Origin: Raillietiella orientalis
Lineage: Eukaryota
NCBI GenBank assembly: GCA_036172245.1
Contig: JAYWIR010000010.1
Coordinates: 3,596,001 to 3,660,000, forward strand
Length of the DNA: 64,000 nucleotides
Direction: 5' to 3'
The notes beneath the pieces were generated by a model. The model was not told where the DNA came from. It worked only from the letters and a program-made list of their open reading frames with translations, and did no database searches. The translations under genes and the position numbers were made by a program. Below, piece after piece: positions 50,796 through 61,500 of this stretch. The first letter of the stretch is position 1, and each line of letters begins with the position of its first letter.

Positions 50796-53700
50796 TACAC
50801 AGCAGAAGCCTTTTCTTTCTAGTCAACAATCCTGTAACAGTATATATACATACTGATATACACATTCATTTTAACATATACATTTCTTGACATACGTATT
50901 AAATATTAGCATATGTATTTATTTATATATGCATAATACGCATATATATATATATATATACTTCAGTCTTTACAATGCATATTAACTGTATGTTAATCTT
51001 TATAATAAACACATATATTTATATTTTATGATCTTTTGGGATTTTGATCGTTCGTTTATTCGTTTCAAGGAGTACAGGATTGCTGTTGAAGAATTCTGTT
51101 GTTCAGGACGGCTTCGTCAAGCATTCAGAAATCGAGCCATTGAAAACGAGGAAGGCAATTCCGCAGATGCGAGGAGGTTGCCTGCTCTCGAGGAAAAGGG
51201 AAGGACTCGAAATTACCGAGCTGAAAACGAAAAGTCCCTAAAGCTTGTGAAAGTAACGAGCTATTTCGTGCCGAAGGTTGCAGCGTCTCATCAGGATGGG
51301 GATGCATATGGAACCATTTATCAAGCAGGTCATCAAAAGCTCCAGAACAGTCCCGAAGATTGCTTTCGCGCAAGCAGAACGATTCAGCACGCAACTCGCG
51401 GGCTTCGAGATTGAGAACAGGGTCAGCAATCAGATGAAATTTCTGGAGTTCGCAGTGACCTCATTTGTAATTTGCCATGTGTTTGGTCGTTCTTCATGCA
51501 AATGTGAAGATTATGCTTTTTTTTTTTTTTTTTTAGAGCCTAACAAATTAGTAAATTAAGACAACAACACTTTCGATATCCAGAAACTCTACGGCAACCG
51601 GTAGATCCCTGAACTTTTCACCCCAAAAAAGAGGGGAAGGAGGTGAAGAACCAATTTGCAGAAAACTCATTTCTCAGAAACGTTGGGAAAATCTTTCCAA
51701 GGGTTAAAGACCTACTGATGCATCAGATTTTTTTTTAGGATCCCAATTTGTTTACCACCTTTGCTTTTTATCAGGCATATGCTGCAATATTAATAGACAC
51801 TTTAGGATTAAGGCGGTTTCACCCATGAAGCCTTTGATGTCGATTTGCTCCTATGAATCAATTCGTCTGTGTCAAAACTGATGAGCTCGTGCATCTCGTG
51901 CATCAAGCATCCAGGTTTCGTGAATTCCTCCGTTCGGATTTCGTGCTTTCGCGGTGGTATTCTTTTGTCTTTTAACGCTGCCCCAGATTCAGCACCAGTC
52001 CTTCGACTTTTTAAAAATCGGCTCGGGTGGTTCGTTGTCGATTCCATCGAAGTGCAGAGGTATAAAGAAATGCTCGTTGGGCTGATGGATATCGGGAGAA
52101 CACAGTGTGCTGTTGCCCCAAGCATAACTGTGCTAAATCGGATTGCAGTTTGACTGATCGAATTTTCGGGAATCTTTTGGGAGCTCATTCGCTCGGTTCA
52201 CAGATGAGGGCATTCACTTTATAGGAAGCTTTTTCCACCGCATCTCTTGGAGAGGCGCTTGCCAATCAATGTTGCTGCACGCACAGTGGCTTCAGAAAAC
52301 ACTTAAGCAATAGGGTTGCACAGAAGGTGGAACGTTTGGTCTCCTTGGAGGCTAGCAGTTCCATTTCAGGGCTTTTCTGAGAAGAATTCCAAAGAAAAAG
52401 AACCCGGCTTTGTGGCTAGTTCCAATGTTCCTCGATCAGTGCCCTCAATCATTCCACTGACGTCCGATTCTTAGATAGTCATTAGATGAGCAGGTTGCAC
52501 CTGCCTCTCTGCAGAATTTAAAGTGTTTCACACTGCTTATGGAACTGTTTGACCTATTTCCCAAGACTTCAAGTATTGCCCTCCTATGACGACAACCCTC
52601 AGATGGCAGTACCCTCAGATTGAGAGACGCGAATTTGAGTGTGCATCTTGCACCCGAGTCCTTCCTATCCTTGTTCAAGCCATGAAATCAGATCACTTCC
52701 ATCAGCAAACACACATTTTCAAAAACATTCTTCCTTGATTCCAGAGAGATGTGTCTAAATTCGCTTCCGTTGCATCTAAACTGTGTTGGTACGTGCTTGA
52801 CTGCTTTCTTTCCTTCCAGTTGTTTGAAGCACGGTCACCTTCGTTAAGTCTTAAAACAGCAATCCTGTTGTTCGCGACACGGCATTTGACTTTGCCATCT
52901 TCCAGTTCATATGGGCAATATCTTAAAAATACAAAGTACACTCAAAAGTCGAATCTTTGTTTAGATCACGTTTGAGGTTTCATTTCAAAAAATACTACAG
53001 GATAATTCTTCAACGTGAGTTGCATCAAGGAAGTCCCGTGGACCTACACTGTACTAACGCAGAATCATCCTGCATTAGTACATGGACAATGAATTTCAGA
53101 TCCCTTAATGGTGCCAGTTTCGGAAAGGACGATGGAGCGCGTTCCTTAATCACCGGCAATGCAACCTGCACCAGTCCCATTTCTGGAGAAATTCTCCCGA
53201 TAACAAACCGTGGAATGAAGAGGGGTCGGAGCATCAGCTCTTCAGTCACTCCAGAGAAGTGCCGATCAAAGAGCCGCTTCGCTGTACCACGCTTGCACCT
53301 TGGAGGAATGCGAAGCAACGGCATTCTTCAGAAAGAGTTTGGAACACAAGCGAGGAAACAGAGAAAAGCGTGCAAGAGCGGATCCGGAAATTTGCAAAGA
53401 ATGCAGAGCGACACAGGGAAGTGGAAGTGAGGAGAAACGCTGTCAAGGGCAAAAGTGAGTCGCTTCTGCAGCGACCATGTGCTCAAATCGGGTGCCGGGC
53501 TTCAGGTTAGCATGCTTACTGGTTCTGCGAATCATCTCTCGGGAGCTCACGTCTCGGAAAGCTGTTGCCATGGGGATGCCAAAGGGGCCGAACGAAGGGT
53601 GAGCAAATTTTCCCTTGAAGGAATGCCGAGATTTTGTGCCGCGGCACCAGCGAGACGGAGGAGATGCGGTTTCCGCTTCAGCTTGAATTCCGAGCAGGCA

Positions 53701-54036
53701 GAAAGGAAGCGAAGCGACCGAGTCCAGTCAGGATGTTGGGAAATCGGGAAGCGTTGTTTGGGGTGGATTCCAAGATGCGATTTCCATGGAACGCAACGAC
53801 ATCCAGCTGATTATCACCCGGGTGCGCCGGGGCGTTTATTAAAAACTATCCGGGAACAGAGTTCCTGGACAAAGGGAAAAACAAGAGACGAAGGGGGTGG
53901 GATCCCCGACACGCAGGTCGGTATGCCGAAAGTCCGGAAAGGGAGGGAGGGGACCACAAATAGACTACTATAAAAAATAAAAAGAAAAATATGGAGGGCA
54001 GGGGACAGGGGTCTTTGGTTCGGCCGTTCCTTCCTT

Positions 54037-57000
54037 TCAGAACCGGCGATGGATGCCGGCGATCTCTCTCCTCACGCTCTCTGGTAGGTGGGCCCACTCG
54101 GCAGCCGACGACATGCTTGCGCTGGCTAATCCGGTGGGCTGACGAAGGATGGCCAGCTTCTCCAACTCTCGGTGGGCCTTGTCGATGGCGCGGGTGCAAC
54201 ACACGGTTGCAACGACAGCACCCAAAGACAGGCTGCCTGGCGTGAAGAAAAGGCGCATCAAGTCTCTGGCGGTGTCCCCCTGGTGCAGGAGCGCTGAGGC
54301 CAGCCTCGGCCAAAGTCCTAGGAGGGCGCCGCAGTCCAGGAGCAGGTGCGGGAGCGTTTCCACTTCCCCGCACCGCTTACAGTTTGGGGAGACAACTCCC
54401 CCGGAAACAAGGTTCGTGCGCTGGTTGGAGTGAAAACCCCAATGCACCAGCATGATCACGTCCTGCTTCCACGAAAGGGGGAACACAGAAGTGTTCAAAC
54501 AGGAGGGAGGGACCACAAGTTCTTCGGAGGCCACACTTAAGTGTTCACTCCACCGAAGGAGTCCCTTCGGGATGGTGCGAGGCGTGGCGGCGTCGGCCAG
54601 CTCGCAAGTCCTCCAGCCGCCTATGGGTCGGGTTGCTCCTGCGATGGTGCACCTCCCACCTCGCCGGTAGGCAGCTGTCATCTCTTGCCCTGAAGGCTGA
54701 CAGTGCGTCGGCGAGGGGGGTGACGGCCAGGCGGGTCCACTTCTCCTGGCTGTTGCACACCTCATCCACCGTGCAGTACGGGGAGAGGTGAGCGCAACGG
54801 AGTTCCAGGAGGGAAACATCCTGGTGCTTTGCCCAGCCATGCAACGGTTCCTGCCGCTAGGCTTCAAAGTTCGTTGGGCGGCAGGAGATCCATTTCTGGG
54901 CTTCCAGGAGCCGGTAGAGCGGTTTCAACGGGAAACCGAAGCTTCTCGTGGCGCGCTCCGTATGCGGCCGCAGCGACAGAAGTCCATCGCTGCCTGTGCA
55001 GCGCCGCAGAAGCAGGCGCGCGGAAGCGCACCACGGAGTGGACCAAAGGTTGGCGCACAGGGCCAACATCCGAAGCTGCACCTCCAGCTCGATTCTCTCC
55101 AGCGTCAGGATGCCTAAGCCAGCATCCTGACGCGGAGCCGCCGAGTCTTTGAGGCGGATCCTGGACCTCGCAGGTCCCCACAGAGCGTTCCTCAACAGGC
55201 CGTGCTCCTGGAGCTTGGCCGAGTAGGGGGCAGGCAAACAAAAAGCAGGGGGTGCAAGAGGGGGGCAACGAAGGTGTTCTATATCGCGGCCCGCTCCGGC
55301 AGGACGAATCTGCCATGGTGGAACGGGCTCAGAGCACTCGTAGCCTTCCGAAGGCCAACCACACTTCCACTGGGCTGATGTTCCCCAGCGGAACGCCCAG
55401 ATATTGGATGGACGAAGCAGTCGGGATCCCCAGGCGGATCCAGTCGGACTGCCCCTCCCACGCCGCACCAATTGGAACGACCACGCTCTTGCTCCGGTTT
55501 ACGCTCATGCCCGCTCCCCGGCGAATCAGTTCGAAGAAATCCTCGAGACTGGACGCCGGGGTGGTCATGGGTAAAAGGAGAAGCAGGTCGTCAGCATAGG
55601 CCGCCACGGACGGCGTTCCTGGACAAGAGCTCGGCAGGTTGGACAGCGTCAGCCTGTACGCCCTCAGCACCAACTCAAAGAAGATGCTGAAGAGCAACGG
55701 GCTTAAGCTGTCGCCCTGACTGATGCCCCGCCGCACCGGCACGCCGTACACGTGGCAGCCGCTGAAAGAGATGGAAATGAGCGCGTGGCGCCAGCAAACG
55801 CGCAAATAGGCCACGAGGTGCACCGGGAGACCGAGGCGTTCCAGGAGCTCCAGGAGGAGATCCTGATTCACGCAGTCGAACGCCTTACGGAGATCGACCG
55901 CGACCGCCAAGGCACCCGGCGCTTCCTCAGACCGAATGCAGCGACGCCTAGCCTCGGCAGCCGCAGATGCGGTTACCTGGCTGTCGTGCGCCACGCAACG
56001 TTGCAGCTCGAGACACGTGCGCGCGAAGAACAGGTTTGCCTCCATGGACCGCCTGGGAACAGCGTAAGACTGCTCCGGACTTACCACGTATCCAGCGATC
56101 CTACCTAGGCGCGCGACCCAGAGCCTGGAGAACAACTTGACGTCCGCATTCACCAAGGTGATGGGACGCCAGTTGCTTAAATGGCGCATGTCTCCGCCTT
56201 TCGGCAAGAGACGCACCCTCGCTGAGCGAAACGAGGCCGGGACATTGCCTGTCTCTCGCATCAGCGCAGAAAGCCTCAGCACCAGGGGGATGAGTTCCTC
56301 CGCGAAGCACTGGAAGAACTCCGCAGGCAGACCATCCTCACCTGGCGCCTTGCGCTTCTTGAGGCCCGCTATGGCGGAAGACACTTCTTCCGCCGTGAAG
56401 GGTAAGTCAAGAGTGGCGCGTTCCTCCTCGTCGACCGCCGGGGAATCCGTCGGCAGAAGCAGCTCCGAGAGACTGCGTTCCGTCGGCTCCCTAGCATACA
56501 ACGAGGAGTAGTAGCGCTTTAGGAGACGGCGAACGTCGTCCGCGCCCGAGCACTCCAGGCCTTGGTCGTCGAGCAGACAAGCCGCTCCTGACTGCCAGAC
56601 CTGGCGCTCGGCCTTGGCCTTGTACTCCGCAAGGTACCGGACGTCCGGGCATCGGGAGAATTGGCGGGCCTGCAGAAACTCTCTGCTGTTGGCCACACCT
56701 TCTCGGAAGCCACGGGGAAGCAGGTGCAAGGGGAACCGGCAGCAGAACTCGCGGACCGATCTTTTCAGATCGTCCCAGTCCACGAGCTCCCGAACGGTCA
56801 AGCTCCGGAGATGCTGGCGGAGGTGCTCCGCAGCCACCGGATTTCTTAGCCAGTCGGTCGGCAACCTCCAGACGTGAGTCGGAGGACCCTTACCAGGCGG
56901 GAGTAGCTCCAACTCCAGCCTGTGGTGGTCGGAAAGCTCGGACGGCACGGGACCTCTTCGACCCACCCGACAATGCAGGTGATCGTCGAGGAGCACATGG

Positions 57001-57605
57001 TCCGGCAAAGCACGCATCCCGGGATCGTCGGCCAGCAAATTCGAAGCGTGCACGGACGCGCACACCTCGTTCACCAGCCGCTTCTCCCGGAGACGGTGGG
57101 ACTCCTCCGATAGCGCGTGGACGTTAAAGTCCCCGGCTAAGAGGTGAGCCACGTCGGGGCCGGAGTTGCTCAGCCAGCGGTCGCGCAGTCTCTCGAAAAA
57201 CTCCAGTTTCTCGGTGTGACGCGCAGAGCCGCTCGGCGCGTACACGTTCGTGATGACAAGGTCGATCGATTCGGACCACTTGAGAACAAGTTGGCCCACA
57301 CGACCTTCCTCGTCGAAAAAAAAGCTCCGCACCGCCCCCGCCACCCTGCCCCAGACAAGGAATGCCACTCCGCAGGTATTCTGGGAGCCTGACCTCCAAT
57401 GGAGCGTCCCGCCTGCGCGAACTTCCAGATCGGCCGCTTGCTGCTCGGAGAGTGCGTGAATCTCCTGCAGCAGGGCCAGATCGAAGTAGCGCAAGACGTT
57501 GGCAACCAATCGCCTCTTCTCGTTGTCCTGCAGCCCGTTGACGTTCCAACAGGCCACTCGGACGCGACGAGAAGATGCGAGACCGCGCATTGCTGCTATG
57601 GACAT
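54037..57605 (-). pseudogene. LINE ORF2: APE endonuclease + RT + CCHC Zn finger; open for 758 aa, then several frameshifts/stops
   Basis: WNVNGL, LQEIH, NVYAP, GDFN, SDH; KAPGEDG, WRPITL, DLRKAFD, QGDSLSPLLF, YADD, YLGVPL; AAPRQDAGLG; CKRCGEVETLPHLLLDC. Confidence 0.95.
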
Positions 57606-57638
57606 GGAGGTGCGTTCCTCGCCCCGTCCGGCGAGGCA

Positions 57639-57913
57639 TCAGCCGGGAGCATCAGCGGATGGGGGAGCGCAAGCGCTTCCTGTCTCCGCCGCGCCTCTCG
57701 CGGCTGGCTCGGTGGAGTCGAGGACCATTGCCTCGGGCTCCGAGGAGCATCGGGAACCGTTCCCGGCATCAGGCTCTTGCCTGGCAAGTTTCGGCTTGCG
57801 CGCAGCCCTGGCCTTGACCGGGGCTTGGCGAGCCTTTGCGCTGCCTTCGGACTCCACCTCGGAGTCCGAATTCCGCGCGCGCGGCGGGCGTTTCGCCTGC
57901 CTCTTCTTCTGCT
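57639..57913 (-). pseudogene. Probable truncated C-terminal tail of LINE ORF1 (basic, low complexity)
   Basis: Open K/R/A-rich frame ending 33 nt before the ORF2 ATG, inside the TSD-defined element. Confidence 0.5.
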
Positions 57914-60099
57914 GACATCCAGCTGAAGGGTGCACGTGAGGCCAGAAACACTGTAAGGAGGGTGCTACGGGACGCGGAGGCGGACGAAGACGGACGCGTT
58001 TCTCACCTTCTCAGCCGATCGAAACGGAAATTGGCAATCTGGAACGGATCGCCCCATCGACAGATAGAGCTGGAGAGCGTTGGCCTTCTCGAGTGTGTGA
58101 AAAGAGAGCACACCATAAGATGTTTTTCCGTACGATCGCCCTCCGGACCTGCAGCGCCTGCAAGAGTAGCATCCTGGTTACGGGGACAAAAAAGCGAATT
58201 GGGAAGTCGGTCGCTCGCAATGCGGGGTCTGATCGGCGATGTGCACGCCCTGCAACAAACGGGAAAGTTTTCGTGAAGCATTTCGATGCCTGCGGCTGCA
58301 GAGAAGCTTCACCGTGCTCACATCGCAGATCCTGACAGGCTGAGCTACGGACGGGTTGCACGAAAGTTGCCTTCCGCGTCCGGTGACCTTCAGGAACAAA
58401 GTACACTCGGCGCGACTTGGGCAGGTCGTTTTCGGGTGCGCATCGTCTGGAGAGAATAGGGACGTCGAAAGGAAAGGAGGGATTTGCGTACGCAAACCCA
58501 TGCCGGGCGCCATTTCGATCGTTGGGATTTCCAGACGCAGGCCATTTCTGCCCAGCCGCAGGTGCGACAGCCCTCTTTCGTACGGCTGCAGGCTCAGATG
58601 GGAAGCAATGTGTCTGACAGAGGGTGGACGTAAGGAGGTGACGGCGCGAAGGAGCGAACTGTCATGCAGGCATCGGATTCTGCTGGCAGAAGGGAAAATG
58701 GAAAGGGAGGAGGCGCGGTAGGGATCGACAGATGGCACAGTCGAATCTTGGTCACTTGTGCGGCTGTCTGCGAGGCTTCACCGGAAGCAGGCGAGGATGC
58801 GGTTTGCGTACGAATGAGTGTCGGGACTGGCCGATGTCTTCCCAGAGTCATGTGTCGAGATGAATCTTTCGCCGTGTTGCATCTCTTCGAGAGATGCTGC
58901 TTTGCTCTTGGCTCGTGGAGAAGGGAAATCGCTAATGTTTCGGCTAGGGTGGCTGCACCTCTTGAAGGTTGTTGGGTGTTTCGATAAGAGATCCCGGCCC
59001 CTTGTTCCGGCCCGTGAAACTAGGTGCGAGGAATTTTGTCGAAACAACGAGAAAACAGGAACGAACAGGCTGCATACTGATGTCGCGGCGTCTACCCAAG
59101 TTTGCGATGGAGGAAAGTTGCGATGTGTCACCTTCCTGACCTCGGGGCGGGACAATCGGTCTAGGAGCAAGTTTTCGTTATGGCGAAACATGCGAAGTGT
59201 TATTATTGGCTTTGGCCGTGTTGAAGCTTTGCATGGAAATTCAACTTCCCGGAGCAGCGATCGTTGCCACCGAAGGATCAGCAATGCAAATTTGAAAGGA
59301 GTCTCGGCGCGATACGAAAGAACTGAACCTGAGGGATGATGACGCGTGAGACATGTGGTCCGGGGAAACGGACGGAACGAACTCTTCTTCTCCCTCTCCT
59401 TTTCTCTCTCTTTTTTGTTCTTTTTTTCCCGGGATGAAGAGGAGAGCACACTTTGCGGGAAGATGGGGGAGGGGAGGTTTGCGGCGCGGCAAAATCGGGC
59501 CCAAGTCACGTGATGTACGGGAGGAAGCTCCGCCGCTTGCGGAAATGCTTTTTATCGCGTTTCTTTGGGCGGGCGTAAGGCGAAGGGAACGAGGAATTCT
59601 GCACGCGAACAGAGCAGGGCGAAGCGAGGAAAAGGAACACCCCAGTGGTCCTGCCTAGGAGGATTTCGGAAGGGGGGGGAGGATGCAAGACGTAAGGCGG
59701 GAAACAGCATGGAAAAACGGCATTAGCATCTATGATGACTTGCTGCGGTAATTTTCATGCCGCTGTACTACGTTTTTTTTTGCTCTCCAGTTTCACTCTT
59801 CCCAGCTCCTTGAAGAGGAGCTGGGAAGGATGCTTTCCAAAGAAGGATGTGATCAACTCGAAAGAGAACAGCAAGAATCAGGAAAACGCAGGTCTGCTTC
59901 GGAGACGTCTTTATCTGCGTCTCCGTATCAAAATAAAAGATTGTGGTGCAGCAGTGAAGATAGTATTGGTCTTGAAAGTTGTGGGACACGATTTTGATGC
60001 ATGCATGGTAGATTTTAGTCTACCAGACTTTGATGCTTTTGTTTCTTCGGAAAAGCCATTTCAGGAAGTGCGCGCATCTCTTTGGGGGGTGATCTAATG

Positions 60100-60776
60100 G
60101 AGAGGGAAAGCGGGATGGGATGAAGACTCAGAATCTGAGAAAGGAATTGCCTTCTTAGTGGCCGCTGTGTGAAGCACTGCATGGATCCTCTGAATATCAG
60201 ATGTGGCTTGTGGGTTGTCGAGTCTTGTCCGAAAGTGGATAATTGAGGAAACTTTGTGATGTTCCCTTGCATCCAGTCCCAGTGGGGTAGAGGCGTGGGA
60301 GACGCTCGCATAGATGTGAGGAGAAGACCCATGCCAGTTGTGCAAGCGAGATATGCCTGAGGACCGACACGTGCAGCCCTTGCTGATGCCACCTAGTGAG
60401 TACTGTTGAAGAATTTCCTTCGATCGTCCCAGTTTTCTGAGGAAAGCAAAGGTGACCCCTAGAAATCCTAAACGCCCCAGCCCCACTCAAGGCTCCGGAG
60501 CAGGAATGCAGCGTAGGAACAAGCTGTAGAGTATCCGTGAATGAGTGGATGCTTGCAGTATAAAGAGGAAAAAGTCATTTTCTTTTCAGATTAGCTACAA
60601 TAAAAGATACGGGCAACAAGAATTGTGCTCTTCAGGCGAGGCTGTTTCTGGTGGGGGATATTCCTGGACAACCCTCTCCCCCCTCCCCTCTCCCCCTTTC
60701 TCTTCCATTTTTCCCAAAAGCGAGTGCAGACAGACAAGACCTTTCACTTCACCTCGAGAGACAGAGGCGCAGCACT

Positions 60777-60819
<43 letters not shown>

Positions 60820-61500
60820 CAAGGAGGACGAGCGTTGACAACGGGATACAGAGGGGATCATGGAGACCAGCTGTCCTCTCCAATAAGGGAGAGGACATCC
60901 TCATCCACGAGGAAACGCTCCAGGAGGCGCTCTTTGAGTAATCCTCCTTCCCTCTAGCCGCTGCTTTCCTGCCTGGGGTGAGAGGAGAGCTGAATGAGTA
61001 GGAGGAAGACCAGGGGAAAGCTCCCTCCATAAGGATGTGGACTTGGTTGAGTTGCTGGCCGCACCCTTCCGGAATTCTGGTCGACTTGGGATCTCACGTT
61101 CTTAATGTACGACGCCCTCTCTCCTGGAGGAATTTTTTCTATTGCCAGGGCCAAAAGAAAGGGGACTGGGATGTTTTCTTCTTCCAGAGAGTTCCAGAGC
61201 AAAAAAGGGCTGTGGTTCTCGGAAAAAGCGCAGGGAAACCGACTGAGAATGTCGCGAGGCGTATGGGACGTCCCTGCGCGAACTGAGAACAGGTATGGTC
61301 CAGGGGGAGAATACGTTCGCAGAGACATGCTTCAGTGCTGTCAGAATTCTGCAGGGTTAGGAGGCGAGGAGACCCGGAGGGAGCGAGGTGAGCATCCCGA
61401 AGGCACAGTAGATCGAAAGAGGTTTCAGGAAACGGGGAGCCAGAGAATGTGGCGGCGGCACCGCTGCCGCTGGCTGGAGCCCATTCTTCTTGGGATGCCA
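60100..61500 (-). pseudogene. Possible very degenerate R2-like RT remnant
   Basis: Weak motifs: 'IPPGERASYIKNV', 'YGGSFPLVFLL' (QGDPLSPLLF-like), 'P*VGLG'. Confidence 0.25.
60779..60817. repeat. (TC)n microsatellite
   Basis: ~19 TC units. Confidence 0.98.

Larger units (their letters stand above)
53811..57913 (-). mobile_element. Best-preserved L1/Tx1-clade LINE (5'-truncated in ORF1), 13-bp TSD
   Basis: TSD gacatccagctga at 53798-53810 and 57914-57926; full-length ORF2 span; terminal motif 53814-53840; no poly(A). Confidence 0.95.

Noticed and set aside
51028..52941. Possible hAT/BED-finger transposase remnants
   Set aside because: Only a partial 'KVKCRV' resemblance; no TIRs or catalytic motifs seen.
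57927..59509. Minus-strand ORFs (186 aa, 243 aa) as LINE ORF1
   Set aside because: They lie outside the 13-bp TSD (57914-57926) and show no zinc-knuckle or RRM motifs.
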